DNA from: Pontiella sp.
Lineage (GTDB): Bacteria > Verrucomicrobiota > Kiritimatiellia > Kiritimatiellales > Pontiellaceae
DNA: 64,000 nt
Assembly: GCA_050290185.1 (NCBI GenBank)
Contig: JBNKHE010000002.1
Span: forward strand, 288,001-352,000
Direction: 5' to 3'
A program made the position numbers and the translations under genes. The notes beneath the pieces are model-generated. The model was not told the DNA's origin. It worked only from the letters and a program-made list of their open reading frames with translations, and did no database searches. Every line of letters starts with the position of its first letter. The stretch's first letter is position 1. Below, in pieces: positions 19,191 to 30,600 of the stretch.

Positions 19191-20341
19191 TGAATTTTGT
19201 GTTCCCCAACGAACTGCATGTCACCTGGTCGGTGATGATTGTCCTCTACCCCTATATCACGGGCTTGGTTGCGGGGGCGTTTATTGTCTCGTCCCTCTAC
19301 CATGTTTTCGGCAAAAGCGAACTGCGGCCGGTGGCCCGTTTTTCGCTCGCATCAGCCTTCGTCTTTTTGCTGTTCGCGCCGCTCCCGTTGCTGATCCATC
19401 TCGGCCAGCCGGAGCGCGCCTTCAACATCATGATCACACCGCACTTTACCTCCGCCATGGCGGGCTTCGGCTATATTTACACCCTATATCTCATTCTGGT
19501 CATGCTCGAGATATGGTTCGTGATGCGATCGGATTTTATCGCCCGCGCCCAAGGGCACGGCCCCATTGCCTGGCTCTGCCGCTGCATCGTCCTGTTCAAC
19601 TACCGAGAAACCACTGCCACCCGGTTGGCCGACCACCATATTTCCCGCTTCCTGGCGGCCGTCGGCATTCCACTGGCCTGCGTGCTGCATGGCTATGCGG
19701 GCTTCCTCTTCGGCTCACTCAAAGCGAATCCATGGTGGTCCACACCGCTCATGTTCGTGATCTTTATCTTTTCAGCGATTGTGTCCGGCATTTCGGTATT
19801 GATCTTCCACTATTTTGTGGTTTCGAAAGTCAACCGCTGGAAAGTAGATGCGCCCTGCGTGCAATGCATGGCACGGTATCTTTGGGGATTCATGATTATC
19901 GCCGTTTCGCTGGAGATGATGGAACTGCTCTCCATCGTCTACGAGCAGACCGACAAAACCGAAGTACTAGGCGAACTGATTCGCGACAAACTGTTCATCT
20001 CCTACGTAGTTCTGCAGTTCTTGGTCTTCTCGCTTGTGCCGTTTTTCATGCTTGCCGCAAACGCCCTGCTGAAGCTGCGCCAGCGAACCTCGCATCTGCT
20101 GATTTGGCTTTCATCGGTCATGCTGCTCGTACAGGTGTTGCTGATGCGCTGGAACGTCGTGATCGGCGGGCAACTCATTTCCAAATCGATGCGCGGCTTC
20201 ACCAGCTACTTCCCCGGCATCTGGGATCGCGAAGGCCTCATCGCCGCGTTCGTTCTGCTCACCCTGCCCTTCCTGATCCTCTACGTCTTCCACCGCGTGG
20301 TGTCGCTCTTCCCCGATGCTGAAATAGCGAAGAAGGATTGA
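19190..20341 (+). CDS. NrfD/PsrC-family integral membrane quinol-interacting subunit
   Basis: W...IVLYPYITGLVAGAF, HLGQPERA, SAM, HGYAGFLFG...NPWW, RWNVVIGGQ; ~10 TM helices; start overlaps the upstream stop. Confidence 0.9.
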   Translation: MNFVFPNELHVTWSVMIVLYPYITGLVAGAFIVSSLYHVFGKSELRPVARFSLASAFVFLLFAPLPLLIHLGQPERAFNIMITPHFTSAMAGFGYIYTLYLILVMLEIWFVMRSDFIARAQGHGPIAWLCRCIVLFNYRETTATRLADHHISRFLAAVGIPLACVLHGYAGFLFGSLKANPWWSTPLMFVIFIFSAIVSGISVLIFHYFVVSKVNRWKVDAPCVQCMARYLWGFMIIAVSLEMMELLSIVYEQTDKTEVLGELIRDKLFISYVVLQFLVFSLVPFFMLAANALLKLRQRTSHLLIWLSSVMLLVQVLLMRWNVVIGGQLISKSMRGFTSYFPGIWDREGLIAAFVLLTLPFLILYVFHRVVSLFPDAEIAKKD

Positions 20342-20369
20342 CCAGCAATTGGAGCACGGTCAGCAAACA

Positions 20370-21230
20370 TTAGGGGCTTCCATCCGTGTCGAAATAGTCA
20401 ACGCGAAGCGCCTCTTTATTTTGAGAGTACCATGTGGTCCACTCATCCAGGGTATCAAATGACTCGCCAGTCATGACCTCAAGATCCCAAAGGATATTCC
20501 CTCGCTCCTCCCCATTCGACGAAGAGGCCATGTCATGCATTAGCTCGAAGGCAATATAGGGATGAAAGCCCAAAAGCTCTTCAGCAATGCGAACATTCTG
20601 GGTTTTATCGGATTCGGAAATCGTATTCAGCAACTTAAGCTTGGCTTGGTCGTTCGGAAGATCGCCCAGACATGCCCAAAAACTTTCGGTTGCTTCTCGG
20701 GCAAGATCACTGTCAGCATCCCGCATCATGTCCGCCAAGTCGTAAACGGCTTCAATACCGATCCAATCCAATGTTTCGTAAACTTGCCAGCGGACAGCAG
20801 CATTGGAGCTGGAAATCAATTTTCTGGCTTCAGCAAGCGCAGCAGAGAAGTCGCCATCGTCTAGACAGCTTGTCATATCTGCGCAGCGGTCCATCGCCTC
20901 TTTGAGATTGGCCAACTCTTGCTCTGAGAGCACATGCGTCCCTCCCTCCGACATTTCCCGTCGGGTCTTTATTTTATCTCGAAACGCCGCTTTGACCACT
21001 TGTTTCTTTGCAAGATTATGCCTCGACTGCGCGTTCACATCCGACTGATGAAAGGGTGGTGATTGCAAGGAATACCGGTTCTCCCCAGATTCCGGGAGTC
21101 TTTCCATAGTTGATTGGGAGGGAGGTTCAGAGGGGAAACTATTTTTCCGGCTCAAAATCATTAAGGCAATCGCCGCCCCTCCCAGAATCAACAGAACCGC
21201 GATTCCAACCTGGAACCTTCGTATTCGCAT
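20370..21230 (-). CDS. Hypothetical membrane-anchored protein with HEAT-like repeats
   Basis: N-terminal TM helix; helical repeats (VRWQVYETLDWIG, DSDLAREA); terminal W..WY motif. Confidence 0.65.
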   Translation of the reverse strand: MRIRRFQVGIAVLLILGGAAIALMILSRKNSFPSEPPSQSTMERLPESGENRYSLQSPPFHQSDVNAQSRHNLAKKQVVKAAFRDKIKTRREMSEGGTHVLSEQELANLKEAMDRCADMTSCLDDGDFSAALAEARKLISSSNAAVRWQVYETLDWIGIEAVYDLADMMRDADSDLAREATESFWACLGDLPNDQAKLKLLNTISESDKTQNVRIAEELLGFHPYIAFELMHDMASSSNGEERGNILWDLEVMTGESFDTLDEWTTWYSQNKEALRVDYFDTDGSP

Positions 21231-21297
21231 GCAGACCTTTCGAATAAAAAAGAGGGCTGGAATAATCCAACCCTTCCACAAACACGGAATAAATCGA

Positions 21298-21918
21298 TTA
21301 CTCTCCGCCCGTAGTCCAGCCCCAGTTGAAATCGACTTCGCTAACCTTTGACTTGGCCGCAACCACCTGCTCCATGAAGATTTGTGCATCTTCTGCCGCA
21401 TTAATTTTCTCGGTCAGCGTCTTGTTCTGCTTAATGATGACTGAACGAGCATATCCTCCATAGAACTCACCGACCTGAACCTGTCCGGCTCCCTTCGCGG
21501 TAACCCGCCAGTTGCTCGTGTGTGTTGCGTAGTATGAGGTTAAGGTGTATTTCCCGAGAGTGGATCCCCAAATATTCAGGTCTCCTTGGAAGATATCGAA
21601 CCAGATCTCCATAACACCGGATTCCCAAGCGCCAGATTCATCTTCGTTGAAGGTATTGGCATAGGTGTAGATCTCCACTTGGCAGTCATCCTGCAGGTAC
21701 AAACCTTTCTCATACCCGATAAAGGTTGCATTTCCAGAACCCTCCTCAAACACCAAGAACCCGTGGAGGGAGCCCGATCCGATTATGTACATTTCTTTGT
21801 TGTTCACGTCCACGGTTTTGCCGCCAATCCTGACATCGAATACCTGATAAGATAGCGGTGCCGCGAGCGAAACTCCGGCGATAGCTGCAACAACCAAACT
21901 AGCCAACCATTTTTTCAT
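21298..21918 (-). CDS. Hypothetical secreted protein
   Basis: Signal peptide MKKWLASLVVAAIAGVSLA; AGGAGA RBS. Confidence 0.7.
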   Translation of the reverse strand: MKKWLASLVVAAIAGVSLAAPLSYQVFDVRIGGKTVDVNNKEMYIIGSGSLHGFLVFEEGSGNATFIGYEKGLYLQDDCQVEIYTYANTFNEDESGAWESGVMEIWFDIFQGDLNIWGSTLGKYTLTSYYATHTSNWRVTAKGAGQVQVGEFYGGYARSVIIKQNKTLTEKINAAEDAQIFMEQVVAAKSKVSEVDFNWGWTTGGE

Positions 21919-22197
21919 TCCAAAATTCTCCTATTCCTGACCGACCAGAGATTCGCCAGAATGCCCCTAGCAATCCTGAATGAACGCTTCCCTGAAATTA
22001 AAAAGTTACCCGCACCCTTGGAATTATCAACCCAAATACATTAAAAACCCAATAATTGCTTCATTTCAGAGGCGCATCTGTGACTTATAGATCCACCCCG
22101 CTGCTTGGGTATTATCCAATTGATCCCGAAATCCTGTCAGACATGATCTACACCAAATGATAGAGGCGCTTCAACTGATCGCGCGGGACGCGCCGCC

Positions 22198-22304
22198 CTA
22201 AAAAAATCCGCCGGCGTTTTGCAATAGATTTTCGGGAATCTCCGCAAGGAAGCGCGAGGGATCAAGGAAGATCATGCCGCCGTCGCGTTGGCGGCGCACC
22301 ATCG
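22198..22304 (-). pseudogene. Duplicated 3' end of uvrD (att-like direct repeat)
   Basis: Encodes MVRRQRDGGMIFLDPSRFLAEIPENLLQNAGGFF*; 55/56 nt identical to 31220-31275; stop codons in register 8971 bp apart. Confidence 0.9.
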
Positions 22305-22408
22305 TCGAGAGCGCCCTCGCAAAACGGAGCGGCTTGGCCGCGCGAGGCTTCTTGTGGCCCAAAGCCCTTTCTTCTGGTTCTCGATAGTTAATGGCCGGAA
22401 AATACATA

Positions 22409-24391
22409 TCAGGGTTCCGCGCGGACGCGGAAAAATTTATTGCTGGAATCGACCGGGAAGGTCCATGAAACGCTGTCGCCGGCATTCGTCCAGTTGTTCA
22501 GGTCGTTGGACGCTTCCATCTGAAGCGACAGGTTGGCCGTTCCGTTGGAGACCGCCATGCCGATATCGCCGACATGCAGGTCCAGCACGCTGTTGGTGTC
22601 GTAGTATCCGTAGGCATTGGCATTGCTCTGGACATAGGCGCCGAGAAAGGCCGTGTTGTTGATGGTGGGCGACAGGCCGAGCTGCACTTCGTAGCCGTCG
22701 TCATAGCCATCGCCGTCTGAATCGGGAACTTCCGGGTCGGTTTCAAAGACCATCCGTTCCTGGGCATCGCTGAGTTGGTCGCCATCCGTATCGATCATTT
22801 CGTATGCGCCCATGTCCACGGTGCTGTTGATTATCCGGCTGAGCCCGTCGAGGTCGGGGCCGACGGTCGCGCCGTTGAGTCCTGCATCTACGCCGGGAGA
22901 GCCGTACGCAAGGCGGTAGTTGCCGTGTTTCTCATCGGCAAAGACCGGTGCATTCGTGATGTTTCCATTCACGCCATGCGTCGCGCCTGCGTAGCAGGAG
23001 TTTACCAGCGTGCTGCCTGAGACGGTATTCCCGTACACCACACAATTGGTTAGTACAGATGAACCGACCCCCCACGACGTTGGCGTTGGGCCATTCCCAA
23101 CGATTGTGCAGTTCACAGCAACAGAATTTGCAAGTCCTCCTGCTGCAGAATAGGTGGCTTTGTTGTTCAGGATAAGGCAATTGTAAAGCCAACTATCAGA
23201 AACCGCGGCTCGATTAAAGGTCTCGCCATCCTGAATAACGCAATTGAAGAGGCTTACCCCGCTGTTAAGATCGCCAGCCCCGCCAACCAGTGAGGAGCCG
23301 GCGCTTGCGCTTCTGCAATCTCGAATGACGCAGTTGGATACAATGTTATCCGACTCATTTGCGTTAACGGCATAGACACTGGCTTCTATTATGGACACGC
23401 CCTCCAGTTTGGCCTGCCAGTCCATCTTTAAACCGGGATACGTGTATGAAACGCCATCAAGAATCGTTGCGTCTGGCCCATTCACGCTCTTGACCGTCAC
23501 CATTTGAGGAATAGTGAGGTATTTCAACCCCGTTTCGCCTTCATTTGGGTCCACTGAGAATGTGCCGTTGGTCATCAGCACGGTATCGCCTGCCTTTGCC
23601 TCGAGGAGAGCATAAACGAGGTCTTGCGCTGCCGATGCCCAGCTGGTGTAGGGGGCTGTACCGTTGCCAGCTTTTGATACATAAATCGTTTTCGGATTCG
23701 GATTGCTGGCTACCAAGAGCTCTAGCCGTTCCAATGGGCGGTTATAGAAGCGCAGCTCTTTCAATGCGCCCTTCAGATAGCCATCCACATCCCACGCCGA
23801 GCGGCCTAGAAAATTATTCGTGCGGGTGATGTAAGTCGGCAGGGTCCTGTCACTGCTTCCTATGTGTACCCCGTTTCGGTAGAGCGTTACATGACCGTTG
23901 GATTCTTGCACCAACGCGATATGATCCCATTGCCCCTGTACATAAACGCTGGGCACTTTCCATCCCCCGGGGCCGGGACGCACGTCATAAACCAGTGAAT
24001 TGATGAATCCCTCATGGCCTAAGATAATGTTGTTGTTGTCCAGCCCGAGGCTGAAATCAAACACGCGGGAATAGTTCTCATTGAACGAATCATAGCGCAC
24101 CCAGCCCGTGAAACTGAACCCATTGGTGAAGTTGTCGAACCCATCCGGCAGATCGATCCACGCATTGGTGGTCCCATCAAAGACGGCCGCGCCGTTGGCG
24201 AAGGTCACGCCCGACATCACGGTTCCATCCATGCCGTTGCCCGAAGCATCCACGGCATTGGTCGTTAACGGATAATAGGCAATCAGCCCTGCATCCAGGT
24301 CAAACGCACTGGAGGTCACGCACGTGAACAGGAATGCCGATATCGTGGCACAAAATAGGCGAATCTGTATTTTCATGTCTCTATTCCTCAA
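22409..24391 (-). CDS. Secreted protein: LamG, beta-helix (choice-of-anchor Q-like), Ca-binding TSP3-like repeats and an FFR C-terminal domain
   Basis: Signal peptide; LamG; YVSKAG..PYTSWASAA; NC-rich beta-helix; SPGVDAG..DLDG..R..VDMGAYE; DTDGDQLSD; ends FFRVRAEP. The start may be 24376. Confidence 0.85.
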   Translation of the reverse strand: MRNRDMKIQIRLFCATISAFLFTCVTSSAFDLDAGLIAYYPLTTNAVDASGNGMDGTVMSGVTFANGAAVFDGTTNAWIDLPDGFDNFTNGFSFTGWVRYDSFNENYSRVFDFSLGLDNNNIILGHEGFINSLVYDVRPGPGGWKVPSVYVQGQWDHIALVQESNGHVTLYRNGVHIGSSDRTLPTYITRTNNFLGRSAWDVDGYLKGALKELRFYNRPLERLELLVASNPNPKTIYVSKAGNGTAPYTSWASAAQDLVYALLEAKAGDTVLMTNGTFSVDPNEGETGLKYLTIPQMVTVKSVNGPDATILDGVSYTYPGLKMDWQAKLEGVSIIEASVYAVNANESDNIVSNCVIRDCRSASAGSSLVGGAGDLNSGVSLFNCVIQDGETFNRAAVSDSWLYNCLILNNKATYSAAGGLANSVAVNCTIVGNGPTPTSWGVGSSVLTNCVVYGNTVSGSTLVNSCYAGATHGVNGNITNAPVFADEKHGNYRLAYGSPGVDAGLNGATVGPDLDGLSRIINSTVDMGAYEMIDTDGDQLSDAQERMVFETDPEVPDSDGDGYDDGYEVQLGLSPTINNTAFLGAYVQSNANAYGYYDTNSVLDLHVGDIGMAVSNGTANLSLQMEASNDLNNWTNAGDSVSWTFPVDSSNKFFRVRAEP

Positions 24392-24608
24392 TGGTCAATG
24401 CCGCGCTGAGCTGCGCCCGGAACGAAGCTATGTGGCGCACGCCAGCTTGTGTCCACACAGTGGAATGAGTGGTCCGTCAGTTCAAGCACAATGATCTCCG
24501 GCGAAGCCGGAGGGCAATGGCTTGAAGCAGGGCAGCGAGGCTGCCTTATGGGATAGTCAAAATACCGGGCCAACCCCATTTCGGAACAGTCACCCTACCC
24601 ATGCCATG

Positions 24609-27600
24609 CTAGTGCAAAGAAACCTCGACCCTGTAGAAACAGGCCGGTAGCTGGTTGGTATCCGAAAGCATGGTGCCGGGACCGGTACCGGGGAAGAAGG
24701 ACTGGCCTTGAACCGGTTGCCACCCCGTCGAATTCGCCAGGTTCGTGCTCCAGTAAAGCGTATAGAAGCGCGCCGGGGAGCCGGTAAAGGTAAAGGTGTT
24801 GCTGGAACCCAGGATCGCTTGTTCAATCCGGAAGCGATCGCCCGGATTCTGCGGATCGGTATCGGCCACATATTCGGCGTAGGCGTTCGCGCCATCCCCG
24901 TCGACATCGAGCGCGGCATCGGCCGAATTGGTTGGGTTCAGGCTGTGGGCAACCTCCCACCCATCGGGCAACCCATCCGAATCCGAATCGGGATTCAGCG
25001 GGTCCAACGTTGCGGAGAGCGCCAGACTGTGCCCCGTGCCGGCGGAGATGGCTATTGCATGGGTCGCGGAGGCAGGAATCGTGGTCTGGCCAGTGGTATC
25101 ATCTCCCCATCCGACCACCGAACCATCGGCCAGCAGCGCCAGATTGTGATAAAGTCCGGAGGCGATAGCCACCGCGTTGGTCACGGACGCAGGCACAGTG
25201 GTTTGACCGTAGGAGTTGTCTCCCCATGCAATGACCGAGCCGTCGGCCAGCAGCGCCAGACTGTGAAATAATCCGGCGGAGATGGCTTCCGCGTTGGTCA
25301 CGGAGGCGGGAATCGCGGTTTGCCCAAAATCATGCCGGCCCCATCCGATCACCGAGCCGTCGGCCAGCAGCGCCAGACTGTGTCCTGATCCGGCGGCGAT
25401 GGACACCGCGTTGGTCACGGAGGCGGGAACTGTGGTCTGGCCATAGCCATTATATCCCCATCCGATCACCGAACCGTCGGCCAGCAGCGCCAGACTGTGA
25501 CTTCCTCCGGAGGTAATGGCCACCACGTTGGTTGCTGAAGCGGGCACATTGGTCTGGCCATTGAAACCATATCCCCATGCGATCACCGAGCCGTCGGCCA
25601 GCAGTGCCAGACTGTGAAGTCCTCCAGCGGCGATGGCCACTGCGTTGCTCACGGAGGAGGGGACGTTGGTTTGACCGTTATCATTCCAACCCCATGCGAT
25701 CACAGAGCCGTCGGTCAGCAGCGCCAGGTTGTGATTCCATCCCGCGGCAACGGCGACCGCATGGGTTGCGGAGACGGGAATCGTGATCTGGCCAGCGCTA
25801 TTATCGCCCCATGCAATGATCTCCGGCATCTCAAGCAGGTCGTCAAGGCCATCGGAATCGCTATCTGCCTTGAGTGGATTCGTTCCAAGGTAATGGATCT
25901 CCATGTAGTCCGTAATCGTGTCGGAATCGCTGTCGGCATTCAGCGGATCGGTTCCGTATTTGTTCACCTCATCGATATCACTTAGCCCATCTGAATCGGA
26001 ATCCAGCCCGACGTTGCTTACCAGAGGATCGAGTCCGGAATTAACTTCCTGGCCGTCGAGCAACCCATCGGAATCCGAATCGGAATTCAGCGGATTGGTT
26101 CCAACCGTGTTGACTTCCGCGCCGTCGGTTAAGCCATCTAAATCAGAATCAGAATCCAGCGGATCGGTTCCGTAGGTGTTCACCTCATCCAGATCACTTA
26201 GTCCATCCGAATCGGAATCCAGCCCGACGTTGCTTACCGTTGGATCGAGTCCGAGATTGATTTCCTGTGCATCGGACAATCCATCGGAATCCGTATCCTC
26301 CTTCAGCGGATTGGTTCCATACGTGTTGACCTCCGCGCCATCGGACAACCCATCGGAATCCGAATCGGGATTCATCGGATCGGTACCGTAGGCGTTAACC
26401 TCTTCGCCATCCAGCAATCCATCTGAATCCATATCGGCATTCAGTGGATCGAATGTTGCGGAGAGCGTCAAGCAATGGAATTGTCCAGCGGAGATCTCCC
26501 GTGCATTGGTAACGGAGACGGGTACATTGGTTTGGCCATAATCGTTCCGTCCCCAACCGATCACCGAACGGTCAGCCAGCAATGCCAGACTGTAATTTCC
26601 TCCGGCGGCAACGGCCACCGCATTGGTCACAGAAGCAGGAGACGTGTTCTCGCCATACCCATTATAACCCCATCCGATGATCGAACCATCGGCCCGCAGC
26701 GCCAGACTATGATTCTTTCCCGCGGCAATGACCACCGCGTTGGTTGCGGAGACGGGGACGGTGCTTTCGCCATTGGCATTAAAACCCCATCCGATCACCG
26801 ATCCATCGTCCAGCAGCGCCGCGCTGTGATATCCGCCAGCGGCGATGGCCACGGCGTTAGTCACGAAATCGGGCACATTGGTCTGGCTCTGGGAACCACC
26901 TCCCCATCCGATCACCGAGCCGTCGGCCAGCAACGCCAGACTGTGATATCCTCCGGCGGAAATGGCCACTGCATTGGTCACGGCGGCGGGGACGTTGGTC
27001 TGCCCATCATTATTTCGACCCCATCCAACCACCGAGCCGTCGGGCAGCAGCGCCAGGTTGTGATACCATCCGGCGGCAATAGCTACTGCGTTGGTCACCG
27101 AGGAGGGCATATTGGTCTGTCCATAGGTGTCATCTCCCCATGCGGCCACCGAACCGTCGGCCAGCAGCGCCAGACTGTGAGAAAATCCGGCGGCAATGGT
27201 CACCGCGTTGGTCACGGAGGAGGGGACGTTGGTCTCGCCATGACTATTGTTGCCCCATGCAATCAGTTGCGGCAACTCAAGCTGATCGTCAAGGCCATCG
27301 GAATCGCTGTCTACCTTGAGTGGATTGGTTCCAAGATTATGGATCTCTATGTAGTCCGTAATAGTGTCGCCATCACTATCGCGCTTCAATGGATTGGTTC
27401 CATAGGTATTAATTTCCGAGTCATCGTCCAACCCATCCGAATCCGTATCGGGATTCGCCGGATCGGTGCCAAACGTGTTGACTTCCGTACCATCAAGCAA
27501 TCCATCCGAATCGGAATCGACATTCAATGGATCGGTTCCGTATGTGTTCATCTCATCAATATCACTCAATCCATCGGAATCGGAATCCTGCCCGACGTTG

Positions 27601-30600
27601 CTTACCGTTGGATCAAGTCCGGCATTGACTTCCTGAGCATCGGACAATCCATCGGAATCCGTATCCTCCTTCAGCGGATTGGTTCCATATGTATTGACCT
27701 CCGCGCCATCGGACAACCCATCGGAATCCGAATCGGGATTCAGCGGATCGGTTCCATAGGTGTTGACTTCCGCGCCATCGAGCAACCCATCCGAATCCGA
27801 ATCGGAATCCAGTGGGTCCTGCGTTACGGAAAGCGTCAAGCTATGGTAGCTTCCGGCAGCGATGGCTATTGCATGCGGTACAGCAGAGGGCCCCGTGATC
27901 TGGCCATAGTTATCCTTTCCCCATCCGATCACCGAGCCGTCGCCCAGCAGAGCCAGACTATGCGTTTCCCCGGCAGCAATGGCCACCGCATTGGTCACGG
28001 ACGCGGGCACCGTGGTCTGGCCATCGGAACCATATCCCCATGCGATGACCGATCCATTGGACAGCAGCGCCAGGCTGTGCAGTTCTCCGGCAGCAATGGC
28101 CACCGCATTGGTCACGGACGCGGGCACCGTGGTCTGGCCGTTGAAACCATATCCCCATGCAACCACCGTGCCGTTGGACAGCAGAGCCAGGCTGTGAACT
28201 CTTCCGGCGGCGACAGCCACTGCATTGGTCACCGAGGAGGGCACCGTGGCCTGACCATAGTCACTCTGCCCCCATCCAACCACCGAGCCGTTGGACAGCA
28301 GCGCAAGACTATGATATCCACCGGCGGCAATAGCCACCGCATGGGTCACCGAGGCGGGCGCACTGATCTGGCCATAGGTATTATCTCCCCACCCAACCAC
28401 CGAACCGTCGGCCCGTAACGCCAGACCGTGAAAAGATCCGGAGGAGATGGCCACCACATTCGTCGCAGACGCGGGTATGCCTGCATTATCGCCCCATCCG
28501 ATTAGCGACCCATCGGACAGCAGTGCCAGACTTTGATCTCCTCCGGCGGAGATGGACACCGCGTTGGTCACGGAGGCAGGCACATTGAGCTGGCCTCTCC
28601 CATTGATACCGGCTCCAACCACCTGCGGCATCTCAAACTGATCGTCTATTCCATCGGAATCGGAGTCTGCGCTGAGTGGATTCGTTCCCAGATAATGAAT
28701 CTCCATATAGTCTGTAATGGTGTCCCCATCACTATCACGATTCGCAGGATTGGTTCCGTAGGTATTCACCTCATCCAGATCACTCAGCCCATCCGAATCC
28801 GAATCCGCCTTCAGCGGATTGCTTCCGTAGGTGTTCACCTCATCCAGATCACTTAGCCCATCCGAGTCCGAATCCGCCTTCAGTGGATTCGTTCCATACG
28901 TGTTGACTTCCGCACCATCGGACAATCCATCCGAATCCGAATCGGCATTCAGCGGATCCGTTCCAACCGTGTTGACTTCCGTGCCATCGAGCAATCCATC
29001 CGAATCAGAATCAGAATTAAGCGGATCGGTTTCGTAACTGCTCACCTCGTCAATATCACTCAGGCCATCCGAATCCGAATCCAGCCCGACGTTGCTTACC
29101 GTTGGATCAAGCCCGGCATTAACTTCCTGACCATCAAGCAACCCATCCGAATCCGTATCGGGATTCAGCGGATCCAGCGCTATGTTGAGCATCAGGTTGT
29201 GATAGCCTCCGGCGGAGATGCTCATCGCATTGATCACGGAGGCGGGGATGTTGGTTTGGCCATAGTAATTCCATCCCCATCCAAGTACCGAGCCGTCGTC
29301 CAGTAAAGCCAGACTGTGAACGGCTCCGGCGGAGATGGCTGCCCCATTTGTCACCGAGAGCGGGACCGAAGTCTGACCTTGATTATTCTGTCCCCATCCG
29401 ATTACCGAACCGTCGGCCAGCAGCGTCAGATTGTGATTTAATCCTGCGGAGATCGCCACTGCATTGGTCACGGACCCGGGCACAGCGGTTTGACCGTAGG
29501 AGTTGTCTCCCCATGCAATGACCGAGCCGTCGGCCTGTAACGCAAGACTGTGTGACAATCCGGCGGAGATCGCCACGACGTTGGTCACGGAGGAGGGAAT
29601 CGTGGTTTGGCCATAATTATTCCGTCCCCATCCGATCACCGAACCGTTGGACAGCAGCGCAAGACTGTGATTTCCGCCGCCAGCGATGGCCACCGCGTTG
29701 GTCACGGAGGCGGGAACCGTGGTCTGGCCGTCGCCATTCGATCCCCATCCGATCACCGAGCCGTCGCTCAGCAGGGCAAGACTGTGATATCCTCCGGCAG
29801 CGATGTCCACAGCATTGGTCACGGAGGAGGGGACGTTGGTCTCGCCATGACTATTGCTGCCCCATGCAATCACCTGCGGCAACTCAAGCTGATCGTCAAG
29901 GCCATCGGAATCGCTGTCTGCAAGCAACGGGTCCGTTCCTAGATAATGGACCTCCATATAGTCCGTAAGCGTGTCGGAATCACTGTCGCGCTTCAACGGA
30001 TCGGTTTCATAGGTGTTCACCTCGTCTATGTCGGACAGTCCATCCGAATCCGAATCCAGCCCAAGGTTGCTGACGGCCGGGTCCAGCCCATTATCCAGTT
30101 CCTTCTGATTGGTAATTCCATCCCCGTCCATGTCGGCATCCGGATTCAGCGCGGCCACTTCCGATGTACCCAGTGCCCGATTGTAGAAGCGCAGCTCCCT
30201 CAGAGCACCCTTCAGGTAGCCATCCACACCCCACGCCGAGCGGCCCAGAAAATTATTCGTGCGGGTGATGTAAGCCGGTAGGGCCAGCGTGGTACTCGCT
30301 CCTATGTTTACCCCGTTTCGGTAGAGCGATATCTGACCGCTGGATGCTTGCACCAACGCGATATGATCCCATTGCCCCTGTACATAAAAGCTGGGCACGT
30401 CCCATCCCCCGGTGCCGGGACGCACTTCATAAATCAGTGAATTGTTGAATCCCGTATGCCCTAAGAGGATATTGTTGTTGTCCGGCCCGAGGCTGAAATC
30501 AAACACGCGGGAATAGTTCTCATCGAACGAATCATAGCGCACCCAGCCCGTGAAACTGAAACCATTGGTGAAGTTGTCGAACCCATCCGGCAGATCGATC

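Noticed and set aside
22198..22485. 95-aa ORF as a real gene
   Set aside because: Only its last ~35 codons are meaningful (uvrD duplicate); the 5' part overlaps the LamG gene out of frame.
26475..28418. 647-aa plus-strand ORF
   Set aside because: Antisense shadow of the repetitive RCC1 gene.
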